A DNA stretch of 64,000 nt from Candidatus Cloacimonadales bacterium (GTDB lineage: Bacteria > Cloacimonadota > Cloacimonadia > Cloacimonadales > JAFGVF01). Below, one piece after another: positions 9,970 through 22,122 of the stretch (position 1 is its first letter; each line of letters opens with the position of its first letter). A program made the position numbers and the translations under genes. The notes under the pieces were generated by a model. It ran no database searches and was not told where the DNA came from. It was given only the letters and a program-made list of their open reading frames with translations. The stretch spans positions 768,001 through 832,000 of the forward strand of contig OY782781.1 in assembly GCA_963678315.1 (NCBI GenBank), given 5' to 3'.

Positions 9970-11058
9970 ATGAAGAAAGTACATTTAATAGTTGGGGCTA
10001 GACCCAACTTCATGAAGATGGCTCCTCTATATAAGGAGTTCAAGAAGTTTCCGCAAGATTTCGATGTTAAGTTGATTCATACAGGTCAGCATTATGATGA
10101 GCGTATGAGTAAGTTCTTTTTTATTGATTTAGAGATGCCAGAACCAGACATTTATTTAGGTGTTGGTTCAGGATCACATGGTGCTCAGACAGCTAAGATT
10201 TTAAGTTTATATGAAAAAGAGATTCTAGAGGATAGACCTGATTTAGTGATTGTAGCAGGTGATGTTAATTCTACAATTGCATGTGCAATGGCTGCTGTCA
10301 AATTACACATAGCTGTGGCCCATTTGGAGGCCGGTTTAAGATCTTTTGATAGAACAATGCCGGAAGAGATAAATAGACTGCTTACAGATGTTGTTTGTGA
10401 TTATTTACTTACTCCTTCTATTGATGGAAATCAACATTTATTAGCTGAAGGGATTGAAGAATCTAAGATTCATTTAGTTGGAAATATCATGATTGATTCT
10501 CTTGTTCAGTTCAAAGAAAAAGCAGAGACTTCTAACATCATGAATGAATTTTCATTGAAAAAGGATGATTTTTGTTTAATTACTTTGCATAGACCTTCTA
10601 ATGTTGATTCTTATGAAGGATTGAAGATAATCCTTGATGCTTTTAATGAAATTTCTAAAGACATTAAATTAGTTTTCCCAATTCATCCAAGAACTCAAAA
10701 AAACATCGATAAGTTTGATTTAAGAGAATATGTTGATAGTATGGAGAACCTTATTCTTATTCCACCTGCAGGCTATTTAGACTTCATGAAGCTACAAATG
10801 AATGCTAAATTCTTATTAACTGATTCAGGTGGCTTACAAGAAGAATCTACTTTCTTTGGTATTCCATGTTTAACTCTCAGAGAGAATACAGAACGTCCAA
10901 TAACTATCACTCAAGGCACTAACAAACTTGTAGAACTTAATACTGATATAATCATTAAAGAGAGTAAAGAGATTCTGTCCGGTAATGCCAAAAGAGGGAA
11001 TATTCCAGATAAATGGGATGGTAAAACAGCTCAAAGAATTGTAGAGCTTTTCAGATAA
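9970..11058 (+). CDS. wecB: UDP-N-acetylglucosamine 2-epimerase (non-hydrolysing)
   Basis: 'GARPNFMK', 'HTGQHYD', 'HLEAGLRS', 'TDSGGLQEE', 'TERP'. Confidence 0.92.
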   Translation: MKKVHLIVGARPNFMKMAPLYKEFKKFPQDFDVKLIHTGQHYDERMSKFFFIDLEMPEPDIYLGVGSGSHGAQTAKILSLYEKEILEDRPDLVIVAGDVNSTIACAMAAVKLHIAVAHLEAGLRSFDRTMPEEINRLLTDVVCDYLLTPSIDGNQHLLAEGIEESKIHLVGNIMIDSLVQFKEKAETSNIMNEFSLKKDDFCLITLHRPSNVDSYEGLKIILDAFNEISKDIKLVFPIHPRTQKNIDKFDLREYVDSMENLILIPPAGYLDFMKLQMNAKFLLTDSGGLQEESTFFGIPCLTLRENTERPITITQGTNKLVELNTDIIIKESKEILSGNAKRGNIPDKWDGKTAQRIVELFR

Positions 11059-11417
11059 TGAACAAAAAATACTATAGAATAGCACTGCTTTTATATTTTA
11101 TTGCAATTTCAGTGCTATCACTCAATAAATTTAATTCAAACAAATCATTGAATAATATAACAGTAGTTTCCATTCGTGGAGACTACTTTTTTCATTTCTT
11201 AGCATATATTCCAATGTTTATATTAGGAAAGCTATCCTTTGATATTAAGGGTTGGATTTTACTAATAATTTCTCTACTCATATCCTCTAGTTTGGAGATT
11301 ATACAATACTATGTTCCTTATCGAGCATTTAATATTAATGATTTATTAGCAAATTGCATTGGTGTTCTAATTGGATTTGTTTGCTGTATTACTGTGACTA
11401 AAATCATCAGTAAATAG
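11058..11417 (+). CDS. VanZ family membrane protein
   Basis: 'DYFFHFLAY', 'EIIQYYVPYRAFNINDLLANCIG'. Confidence 0.85.
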   Translation: MNKKYYRIALLLYFIAISVLSLNKFNSNKSLNNITVVSIRGDYFFHFLAYIPMFILGKLSFDIKGWILLIISLLISSSLEIIQYYVPYRAFNINDLLANCIGVLIGFVCCITVTKIISK

Positions 11418-11434
11418 TTAAAAAACAATTATTT

Positions 11435-11475
11435 AAAAAGACGTTTCTTACTTATGTAAGTGACGTCTTTTTTTT
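11435..11475 (+). terminator. Rho-independent terminator (probably bidirectional)
   Basis: AAAAAGACGT...ACGTCTTTTTTT hairpin with T tract. Confidence 0.75.
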
Positions 11476-11584
11476 ATTTGCCACTAGTTAAATATTGCGA
11501 CTTGTTCAATAATATAGTCGAAATATATCTTGACATAATTTTTCTTTAAAGCATTTTCAAGTTATTACACGGTAAGGGGATTTT

Positions 11585-12868
11585 ATGAAGAGGTCTGTAG
11601 GTTTAATATTGTTATTAGTTTTTTTTACTTTTAGTTTATTAGCAGAAGTACTTAGTTTTCCCGATAACACATCAGGTTATACTTTAAAAAATAATATCGG
11701 ACTTGAGCCTAGAATTGATTATCGATACAATCTTAGCAAATGTTTGCTAAACTCAGACCAACTTGAAGAACTTACTGGTAGTAAAATCACAAATATCCGA
11801 ATGTATACAGCCTTCTACGGTGAGGTTTTTGATTCTATTGAAGTTAACGTAAAACTTTATATAAAGGTCCTTGATTCTGATTATTCTGAGCTAACCACAT
11901 CTTCAGATTTTAACCCAACAGCTGATGATATATATTTAGATCATGACTATTCTTTTAACTCTATTGATGATTATGTGCCATTTTGGGATTTCCAATTAGA
12001 TAGACCTTTTGAATATATAGATAATCAGGATCTTGTTCTTTGTTATATAACTGAGTATATTGGTGATAGTTCAATCTGTAAAAACATAAATCTTACTCGA
12101 ATGGATCAATATTACTATAAAACAAATACTGAATTTACAACATCATTATGCTATTGTAGTGATTCTTCATGTTATAATATTGATAGTTTAAAAACTCAAA
12201 GATATGTTAAAGATTATCTTCCAAAAATGGATTTTACATACAGTCAGCTAAGTCTGCCTGTCGAGATGTCTTCTTATAATGCTAATGTTATAGAAAATAA
12301 TCAAGTTAAAATTGAATGGCACACTGAATCTGAAACAAATACTTCTGGCTATTATATCTATCATAATGACAGAGATGAACTATCTAGTGCAGAGAAAATA
12401 CCATGCTTTATTCATGCAAAGAACTCTGAACAGGGTAATGATTACCTATTTGTAGATAATGAAGTTTCTGGATGTCTAACTCGGTTCTACTGGATAGAAA
12501 GTTCAGATTTAACTGGAGAAAGCGAATTCTTTGGTCCTATGTATGTGGAGATTAACAATGCAAATGATAATTCACCTTCTTATCAATATGATGATGGAAT
12601 AAAATCCATTTATCCAAATCCTTTCAATAATTCTACAAGAATTGCTCTGCAAAATAAAAGTGCTAGTAAATCTACGCTTAGTATTTACAATATTAAAGGT
12701 CAACTTGTAAGAAGTTTCCAAGATATTGATTTTAAGAAAGATGGCTCTTGTTCTTGCTTGTGGAATGGACATGATAGCCAAGGAAAGAAAGTCTCTTCAG
12801 GTGTATATTGGGCTAAAGCCAGTATTAATGGTAAAAGTTATCAGAAGAAAATTCTTTTACTTAAATAA
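11585..12868 (+). CDS. Secreted protein with C-terminal FlgD-Ig / T9SS type-A-sorting-like domain
   Basis: Signal peptide; 'LPVEMSSY' Ig-like module; 'IYPNPFN...IYNIKGQLVR...WNG.D..G..VSSGVY' C-terminus. Confidence 0.8.
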   Translation: MKRSVGLILLLVFFTFSLLAEVLSFPDNTSGYTLKNNIGLEPRIDYRYNLSKCLLNSDQLEELTGSKITNIRMYTAFYGEVFDSIEVNVKLYIKVLDSDYSELTTSSDFNPTADDIYLDHDYSFNSIDDYVPFWDFQLDRPFEYIDNQDLVLCYITEYIGDSSICKNINLTRMDQYYYKTNTEFTTSLCYCSDSSCYNIDSLKTQRYVKDYLPKMDFTYSQLSLPVEMSSYNANVIENNQVKIEWHTESETNTSGYYIYHNDRDELSSAEKIPCFIHAKNSEQGNDYLFVDNEVSGCLTRFYWIESSDLTGESEFFGPMYVEINNANDNSPSYQYDDGIKSIYPNPFNNSTRIALQNKSASKSTLSIYNIKGQLVRSFQDIDFKKDGSCSCLWNGHDSQGKKVSSGVYWAKASINGKSYQKKILLLK

Positions 12869-12904
12869 TTTTATGGAAGTATTAATTCTGCATATCAATA
12901 ATAA

Positions 12905-13390
12905 TGGCCACGATTCAAATCATGGGTTCAGAGAAGATATATCCTTTCAGGACAGTGCAAGAAAGACGTTTTTCCAAAGGTCTCTACAAATTCACTTATA
13001 ACTTCGTTCTAAGTGAAGCCAGCGCGGAGGCTGGCGATCCCAGTGTTTAGCCGGCTAGCAGCCGAGCGTTCCCAGTGTTTAGCCAGCTATCCGGCAGCAG
13101 CCGGACTAAAGGCAAAGCGTTCCCAGTAACTCACTTCTAACTCCTAACACCATTACCCCTTCCTTACTGGTCACCTTGAAAAAATACCATTTTTTCAAGG
13201 AGGCTATTTGGCAAGCAGTATGTAAGAATAGATTAACCCCTTATTTTACAATATATACATGGCTGAAAAATAATTTACCTCCACGATTGAAATCATGGGC
13301 TCTGAGAAGATATGTCCCAAGGCACATAAGAATAGTTATACCCTGTAAGGTTAAATCAATAAAAAGCCCCTAGTTTTAACAATGGGAGGT
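12905..13390. repeat. Intergenic mosaic of REP-like palindromes
   Basis: CCACGATT..ATCATGGG hairpins, AGACGTT..GTCTCTAC, three ..GCG(T/A)TCCCAGT REPs, heptamer repeats and a TTGAAAAA..TTTTTCAA hairpin. The modules recur at 21.0, 23.9, 46.4 and 50.2 kb. Confidence 0.8.
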
Positions 13391-13500
13391 AAGATAAAAA
13401 TCCCTGCATATTATTTTCTTTCATTCTTAATCATAAAAAAACTTTACATAAAAATCAAGCTAATTCATATATGTAAAAAAGAATAATGAATTGGTGGAAT

Positions 13501-14559
13501 ATGTCTAAAAGAAAAGATAAGACAGTTATAAAAAGTACGGGTCGCAATCTTCAAAACGTAGATATTACAGATTTAGATGATTTCTATGATGTCGATTACG
13601 GTCAAGAGAAGAAGGCTTTGAGGCGTGGACAAAACAGGAATAAAAAGACTCTGAAGAGAGATTTGGATCTAGCAGATGGTTTAGTTCTTGAAATAATGTC
13701 CAACAACTTCTTTAAAATTTCCTCTAATGGTGAAGTTTTTACTGCCATAATGGGGGGGAGACTAAAGCAATTTATGTTTAATCAAAGAAGGGTTTTAGCT
13801 GTCGGTGATAAGGTAAAGATTGACCTTTCAAATGGGACTCCTTACAGAATTGAGGAGTTACTTAAAAGAAAGAATCGCTTGGTTCGCTATACAGAAGGTG
13901 GCTTTCAGAAAGAAACACTGATTGCCAGTAATATGGATTGTGCTGTTGTAACTGTTTCATGTTTAAAGCCAATGTTGAAATTAGGTTTAATTGATAGGTT
14001 CATTATTCAAGCAGAATATGATAATATTGAACCTGTGATAGTCATAAATAAAACAGATTTAGTTGAAGATTTAGGACCATATATCGAAAAGCTTGCTTAC
14101 TATCGAGAAAGTGGTTATCAAGTATTCTTTGTGTCAACAGTCACTGGCTTAGGAATGGAAGAATTGAAAGATTATTTGCAAGATAAAGTATCTGTCTTTT
14201 CTGGACAATCTGGTGTGGGGAAGTCTTCTATTATAAACGTCTTGATGCCAGGTCTTGATTTAGCTGTCAGTGAAATCAGTGATTATAACGAGAAGGGCCG
14301 TCACACAACAACAAGTTCAAGACTTGTAGAGTGGGATTTTGGGGGTTACTTAGTTGATACACCTGGAATAAAAACGCTTTCTTTGAAGCGGGATAACAAA
14401 GAAATTGTATACAAGTATTTTCCTGGATTTAGTAGATTTAATTGCTATTTCAACAACTGCACTCATACTCATGAAGACCATTGTGGCGTCAAAGAGGCAG
14501 TTGAAAATGGAATCATTCCATTAAAGATTTATGAGTCTTATTTAAGGATTATTGAATGA
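13501..14559 (+). CDS. rsgA: Ribosome small subunit-dependent GTPase A
   Basis: Circularly permuted GTPase: 'NKTD', 'GQSGVGKSS', 'GRHTTT', 'DTPG'; C-terminal CxxxxCxHxxxxxC zinc site. Start could be 13486. Confidence 0.92.
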   Translation: MSKRKDKTVIKSTGRNLQNVDITDLDDFYDVDYGQEKKALRRGQNRNKKTLKRDLDLADGLVLEIMSNNFFKISSNGEVFTAIMGGRLKQFMFNQRRVLAVGDKVKIDLSNGTPYRIEELLKRKNRLVRYTEGGFQKETLIASNMDCAVVTVSCLKPMLKLGLIDRFIIQAEYDNIEPVIVINKTDLVEDLGPYIEKLAYYRESGYQVFFVSTVTGLGMEELKDYLQDKVSVFSGQSGVGKSSIINVLMPGLDLAVSEISDYNEKGRHTTTSSRLVEWDFGGYLVDTPGIKTLSLKRDNKEIVYKYFPGFSRFNCYFNNCTHTHEDHCGVKEAVENGIIPLKIYESYLRIIE

Positions 14560-15410
14560 ACAAGTTTGGTATCTTCGTACATCCAGAATACTTTCAACAA
14601 ACTAATTTGTTAGAGATTATATCTCATTTACATATCAACTACAATATCATATTCTTTGCCTTTGATGAGCAGGCTGAACTATTCCCAGAGTTTGTTAAGA
14701 AGTATGTTGCCAAAGAAAAAACTAAGCTCAATTGTATCTTAGTTTTTGGTGGCGATGGAACTATTCTAAGAGCAAAGAAATATGCTTTATCTACAGAATC
14801 TCCTCTTTTGGGCATCAATATCGGAAAGCTGGGTTTTCTTTCTGAAACTAGACCAAAACTTCTGGAAAAGTCTGTTAAATATCTTATTGAGAACAAGTAC
14901 AAAGTTCAAGAAAGAATGCTTTTAAATGTTCGAGTTATAAGGGACGGAGAAGAAGTTTATAGTGGTCTAGCATTGAATGATGCAGTTCTGTTTCGAGCTT
15001 ATACTCCTAAGATGATAGAAGTGAAGATTAAGACAAATGATAGATTGATTTATACAACAAGATGTGATGGTTTAGTTGCTTCAACTCCTACTGGTTCAAC
15101 AGCTTATTTCTTATCTGGTGGAGGTCCAATACTGGACCCATTAATGGAAGCAATTGGATTCTGTGTGCTAAGTCCTCATATACTATCAATCAGACCAATT
15201 GTTTTTTCTGCAAAGGATCAATTAAGTTTTGAAGTCTTATCATGTGACAATCATCCACAATTACAAGTTGATGGGGTGAATGAAGTTTCTTTGAATGAGG
15301 GAGATATAATAAAAGTCAGATCTTCTAAAGAAAAAGTTAAATTTATTAAATTGACTAACAAGACTTTCTATCAAATCATGCGAAAAAAAATGCACATGGG
15401 TAGAATATGA
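14556..15410 (+). CDS. nadK: NAD(+) kinase
   Basis: 'GGDGT', 'GKLGFL', 'NDAV', 'STPTGSTAY'. Confidence 0.92.
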   Translation: MNKFGIFVHPEYFQQTNLLEIISHLHINYNIIFFAFDEQAELFPEFVKKYVAKEKTKLNCILVFGGDGTILRAKKYALSTESPLLGINIGKLGFLSETRPKLLEKSVKYLIENKYKVQERMLLNVRVIRDGEEVYSGLALNDAVLFRAYTPKMIEVKIKTNDRLIYTTRCDGLVASTPTGSTAYFLSGGGPILDPLMEAIGFCVLSPHILSIRPIVFSAKDQLSFEVLSCDNHPQLQVDGVNEVSLNEGDIIKVRSSKEKVKFIKLTNKTFYQIMRKKMHMGRI

Positions 15411-17107
15411 TAAACAAGATTAAATTTAGAAATTTTGTATTAATCAAAGAGCTTGAATTAGAGTTTTATCCTAAAATGAATGTAATTTCAGGGGAAACTG
15501 GTGCTGGTAAATCAGTTCTTGTGGGAGGATTAAATCTAGTTCTAGGTGGCACAGCTCGTGGTTCTTTTGTCTATAACAAGAGTGAAAATGTATATCTTGA
15601 GGCTAGCTTTAGTATTGATGAGAAAAACGAAGAGCTGAATGATTTAATTAGACAACATGAGATTGATGCTAGTGATAAAGACTTGTTTTTTGTTAGAGAA
15701 ATCAACACTAATGGGAAATCTGCGAGCTATATAAATGGTAGGAGAGTAACTAATTCAATTATTAAAGAGTTTAGAAATCATCTACTGGATTTTCATTCAC
15801 AAAATGAACAGCTAAATCTCTTCAATAACGATTATCAGCTTTATATTCTTGATGCCTATGCTAATTTAGAAGCGTTGAGAAGTAAATATTCGGATAAGTA
15901 TCTGGAATACCAAACTCAAAAGAAATTGCTAACAAGTCTAGTAAGACGGCAAGGTCAGAATGAGGATAAAGCAAGATTGTATGAATATCAAGTTGAAGAA
16001 ATTGATGCATTACAACTTCAACTTGGAGAAGACGAAGAGCTAGCTCAACAATATAATGTTCTCAGCAATGCCGAAGATATTGTCAATATCTCCAATGAGA
16101 TTGTTCTTGAACTGTATGAGGGTGAAAATGCTGTGGTTGATAGACTAAATTCAGCCATTAATAGATTATCCGAGTATAGGAATAGTGTGGCAGTTATTAA
16201 TGAAGCTTTAGACTTTATTCATGATGGTAAGAATCTTCTAGAAGATGGTATTTCTTCTTTAAGAGCAGTAGAGGATACGGTTTCTGTTGATAAAGAAAAG
16301 TTAAGTGCAGTAGAGGATAGAATCAGGGTCATTGAAGAGATTAAAACTAAATATAGAATGAATAGCATAGAGTTAATTCTTGATTATTACCATGATATTA
16401 ATGAGTTTCTGCTTAATCAAGGTTCTTTAACTAATGAAATAAAAGAAGCTCAGGAAAAGTTAAGCAAGATTGAAAAAGATTTATATGAACTTGCCGAGAA
16501 GTTATCTAAGAAACGTCAGAAAAGCGCTGAAAGATTTGAAAAAGAAATCAAAGATAATATACGCAAGCTGGCTATTCCCAATGGGGAAGTAGAGTTTCGA
16601 TTCTCACAAGTAAAAGATTCTTCTCCTCTCAGTAACCTTAATATTCATGGAAAAGATGAAGTTAATATCTTCTTCTCAGCCAATTTAGGAATGGAGCTTC
16701 AGCCTATAAAAGAGTCTGCATCAGGAGGAGAGCTTTCAAGAATGCTCTTATCGCTAAAGAAGATTCTTGCTGACAAACTTCAACATAAGGTTATGGTCTT
16801 TGATGAAATTGATGTAGGTATTGGTGGAAATACTGCACTATCAATAGCAGAATTCATAGCAGAAATATCTAATAAACATCAGATTCTTTGTATAACACAC
16901 TTACCACAGGTTGCAGCTATTGCAGATAACCAATTTAAAATTGATAAAAAAGATATAAATAATAAGACTGAGATAGTGATTAATAAACTCAGCAAATGTG
17001 AAAGAGAAGAAGAAATAGCAAGAATGCTTTCAGGCTTTAATAGTGATACAGCCTTAAAGCATGCTAAAGAGCTTTTGATAAAGTCAAATATCCATCACAA
17101 CAAATAA
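15407..17107 (+). CDS. recN: DNA repair protein RecN
   Basis: 'GETGAGKS', coiled coil, 'ASGGELSR', 'FDEIDVGIGG', 'ITHLPQVAA'. Confidence 0.93.
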   Translation: MINKIKFRNFVLIKELELEFYPKMNVISGETGAGKSVLVGGLNLVLGGTARGSFVYNKSENVYLEASFSIDEKNEELNDLIRQHEIDASDKDLFFVREINTNGKSASYINGRRVTNSIIKEFRNHLLDFHSQNEQLNLFNNDYQLYILDAYANLEALRSKYSDKYLEYQTQKKLLTSLVRRQGQNEDKARLYEYQVEEIDALQLQLGEDEELAQQYNVLSNAEDIVNISNEIVLELYEGENAVVDRLNSAINRLSEYRNSVAVINEALDFIHDGKNLLEDGISSLRAVEDTVSVDKEKLSAVEDRIRVIEEIKTKYRMNSIELILDYYHDINEFLLNQGSLTNEIKEAQEKLSKIEKDLYELAEKLSKKRQKSAERFEKEIKDNIRKLAIPNGEVEFRFSQVKDSSPLSNLNIHGKDEVNIFFSANLGMELQPIKESASGGELSRMLLSLKKILADKLQHKVMVFDEIDVGIGGNTALSIAEFIAEISNKHQILCITHLPQVAAIADNQFKIDKKDINNKTEIVINKLSKCEREEEIARMLSGFNSDTALKHAKELLIKSNIHHNK

Positions 17108-17178
17108 AACATCACATACCATTTACAATAGTTATAGTTAATTTACTTGACTGTTAAAAGAAATTTTCATAAAAACTA

Positions 17179-17208
17179 TTGACAAAAAAGTGGCTTAAGT
17201 GTTATTTT
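17179..17208 (+). promoter_or_regulatory. Putative sigma70 promoter
   Basis: TTGACA, 18-nt spacer, extended -10 TGn-TATTTT upstream of 17240. Confidence 0.45.
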
Positions 17209-17239
17209 TAATATATATGCTTTGCACTAAGGAGTAAAA

Positions 17240-18145
17240 GTGATAAGAAGATCAAAAACTACAAGAATAATTGTTTGGTTTATAGTGTTAATGTCTATCG
17301 GTTGGGCATTTTACAGAGTTGGTTCACCATTTGCAAAAACCACTGTTAAAGGTGCTACTGAAGTTAAGAATATTCAAAATATATTGTATTCTTGGGATTT
17401 AGCCAAGAAGTCAAATTATAACACAAAATACGAAATTGTTATTAAAATTAACCCTGAAGAAATCACCACAGATTCATTATCCTTCTTATTAGATTATGTA
17501 AGAAGTTATAATGGTGTTAAACTAAATTCTGGTTCGGAATATCTTTTACGTATTCCAACAGAAGAATCAGATAAATTCTATAAGAGAATTGAGAAGTTAG
17601 GTGATGTTACCAGCTACAGTATTGATAGTTCAACATCATTAGGTACTAAAACAATAAAATACTATACTGATAGTCTTAGTACTCTAAATAACCAGAAGCT
17701 TGCTTTGAAAAAGGCAAAGAAAGAGAATAAGAACATAAAAGGTTACGATGATGATATCGCAGAAGTTGATAGAAAGATTGGACGTATTCAAAAACTTAAA
17801 GATTCTTTAGGAAATCAGAACTATGACCTTTATCTCGTGTCTTTCTATCAAAAGGTCTTCAAAGGTTTTGGTAAGTCATATATCATAACTTATTTACGTG
17901 AATTCGTTATTGGTCTAGGTGTTTTAGCTCTTGCTATCCCATTAATATTCTTAGGATTCAGATTAATATTTAAGTTAGTTGGCTATATTAACGTGAATTC
18001 AGGTGGATCATATGGTGGTTATTATTCTAAGGGTTATAAGTATGGTTCTTATGGTTCCGGATATGGATCTTATGGAAGAAAGCGAAAGGTAAAACGAATA
18101 TATAAAGATAATGATGGAAAGAGAAAAGAAGAAGATAGTAAATAG
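17240..18145 (+). CDS. DUF4349-like membrane protein with Gly/Tyr/Ser-rich cytoplasmic tail
   Basis: N-terminal TM; 'LRIP...FYKRIEKLG.V' DUF4349-like core; coiled coil; C-terminal TM; YG repeats. Confidence 0.6.
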   Translation: MIRRSKTTRIIVWFIVLMSIGWAFYRVGSPFAKTTVKGATEVKNIQNILYSWDLAKKSNYNTKYEIVIKINPEEITTDSLSFLLDYVRSYNGVKLNSGSEYLLRIPTEESDKFYKRIEKLGDVTSYSIDSSTSLGTKTIKYYTDSLSTLNNQKLALKKAKKENKNIKGYDDDIAEVDRKIGRIQKLKDSLGNQNYDLYLVSFYQKVFKGFGKSYIITYLREFVIGLGVLALAIPLIFLGFRLIFKLVGYINVNSGGSYGGYYSKGYKYGSYGSGYGSYGRKRKVKRIYKDNDGKRKEEDSK

Positions 18146-18157
18146 ATAAACTTTAAT

Positions 18158-18181
18158 AGCCGGCAATAGTCGGCTTTTTTT
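18158..18181 (+). terminator. Rho-independent terminator
   Basis: AGCCGGC-AATA-GTCGGCT followed by T tract. Confidence 0.6.
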
Positions 18182-18196
18182 GTATTTGGAGGAAAT

Positions 18197-18628
18197 ATGT
18201 CATTTGAAGCGTGGTTAGTGTGGCTAATAATTGGTGTAGCTTGTATAATCATAGAAATATTTGATCCTGCTGTATTTTTTATAAGCTTAGGGATTGGTGC
18301 TCTTGTGGCGAGCATAGCATCAACACTAGGAATACCTGTATGGGCTCAAGTATTAATATTCGGTATTATAAGTTTCATAGTATTCTTATTTATGAGAAAG
18401 CTCTATGAAAGACTAATTGACAAAAACGCTAAAGAAACGAATGTCTTTGCTCTTATCGGACAATCAGGAACAGTCACAAGCGATATTCCTGAGGATGGTC
18501 GGGGCTATGTTAAAATAGGTGGAGAAGAGTGGTCAGCCATGTCTGAAAACAAGCAAGCTATAGTTAAAGGTAGCAAGATAGAAGTTCTTTCAATAGAAGG
18601 AAACAAAGTAATAGTAAAAAGCAAATAA
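18197..18628 (+). CDS. NfeD family membrane protein
   Basis: Three TM helices plus OB-fold 'GRGYVKIGGEEWSA'; adjacent to SPFH gene. Confidence 0.88.
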   Translation: MSFEAWLVWLIIGVACIIIEIFDPAVFFISLGIGALVASIASTLGIPVWAQVLIFGIISFIVFLFMRKLYERLIDKNAKETNVFALIGQSGTVTSDIPEDGRGYVKIGGEEWSAMSENKQAIVKGSKIEVLSIEGNKVIVKSK

Positions 18629-18639
18629 AAGGAGTATTT

Positions 18640-20909
<2,270 letters not shown>

Positions 20910-20933
20910 GTTTTAATTCAATATAAATCAACT

Positions 20934-20963
20934 AAGAGACGTGCTTGTCACGTCTCTTTTTTT
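20934..20963 (+). terminator. eno terminator
   Basis: AAGAGACGTG-CTTGT-CACGTCTCTT followed by T tract. Confidence 0.8.
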
Positions 20964-20966
20964 GTT

Positions 20967-21480
20967 TGCCCACGATTGAAATTATGGGCTAGAAAACCTA
21001 TAACATACTTCTAACTGGGATCGCCAGCCTCCGAGCTGGCTTGAGACGTTTTTCTAAACGTCTCTACAGAATGGTTATCTTTGCGTAAGCATGAAGTTCC
21101 TTCAACCTAGCGGTGGATGCTTACACTCCGAGGGAAATTGGGATTGTAGCCATCAGTCTTCGCCTGACACAGTCCCTGCTACGAAAGATTTTGGATCACC
21201 AGCTTCCGAGCTGGCTTGAGACGTTTTTCCAATCGTCTCTACATCCTTACTGGCCTCATTGAAAAATCAGCCTTTTTTCAAAGAGGCGCATGGCCACATA
21301 GGCAGTGAGGAGTGAGGAGTTAACCCTGAAGGGGTGACATATACTAAGCATGGAGGCTTGCCCTCCATGTAATAGTTCAAAGAATAAATAGCCCTGAAAG
21401 GGCGACATAAAGGATAAGGTCTTATCTACAAATAGAGAGATTTACCACGAAAAGCACGAAGAACACGAAAAAACAGTTCA
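20967..21480. repeat. Intergenic mosaic of REP-like palindromes and short tandem repeats
   Basis: GGATCGCCAGC REP plus GAGACGTT REP doublet, twice; GCGTAAGCAT..ATGCTTAC unit; AGTGAGG heptamers; three-hairpin unit; CACGAA nonamers. 21322-21477 recurs at 50268-50422. Confidence 0.85.
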
Positions 21481-21601
21481 ATTAATAACAGACTACATTC
21501 TGCTATTTTTTACTAAAAAAACAAATTTTTCCTAAAGTGTGCCAAATTCTCCAAAAGTGTGCCCATAGTATATATAGATGATATAAAATTATGGAGGGGA
21601 A

Positions 21602-21964
21602 ATGAAAATAGCTTTAGACTACAAAAAAATAGCTAAAGATTTATCTAATGATGATATGGTTGTATATAATCAAAAGGGTAAGAAAGAACTATATGCTAGG
21701 AAGAATGTTAAACCAACAAGAACCCAACAAAATACTAAAATTGGCAAGCTTACAAAACACTTATCTCTCCTCTACAAAGAGTTGGATAGTCAACAAATAT
21801 TAAGTCTAGATTCTTTTCGAAAAGGTTATGAATACAGGAATAATTTTGTTGCTTTTCTTGTCTTAATGTATAAATATCACCGACTTAATAGCAATATTGA
21901 ATTGCTCGAACTAACTTCAAATGATATTGATGATATGTGGCTAGACATAATTCTGACTATCTAA
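21602..21964 (+). CDS. Hypothetical basic protein
   Basis: GGAGG RBS; 'YARKNVKP...QN' motif; function unknown. Confidence 0.6.
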   Translation: MKIALDYKKIAKDLSNDDMVVYNQKGKKELYARKNVKPTRTQQNTKIGKLTKHLSLLYKELDSQQILSLDSFRKGYEYRNNFVAFLVLMYKYHRLNSNIELLELTSNDIDDMWLDIILTI

Positions 21965-22122
21965 CAATATAATATCGAAGGTCACAACTTGCAAAAAGTA
22001 GAACAAATATTAATAAAGTTAATAATCATATTAAGATATTTAATATAAAAATTAATATAATTAATAAAATATCTTGACAAGATTTAATATAATCATGATT
22101 TCTTGAATCAGAGGTAAGAGAT

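Noticed and set aside
12726..13373. Small ORFs 12726-13001 and 13176-13373 (also 46430-46624, 50213-50425, 60021-60227, 59942-60280)
   Set aside because: They run through palindromic repeats, IS ends or the candidate RNA, lack an RBS and have no protein-like motifs.
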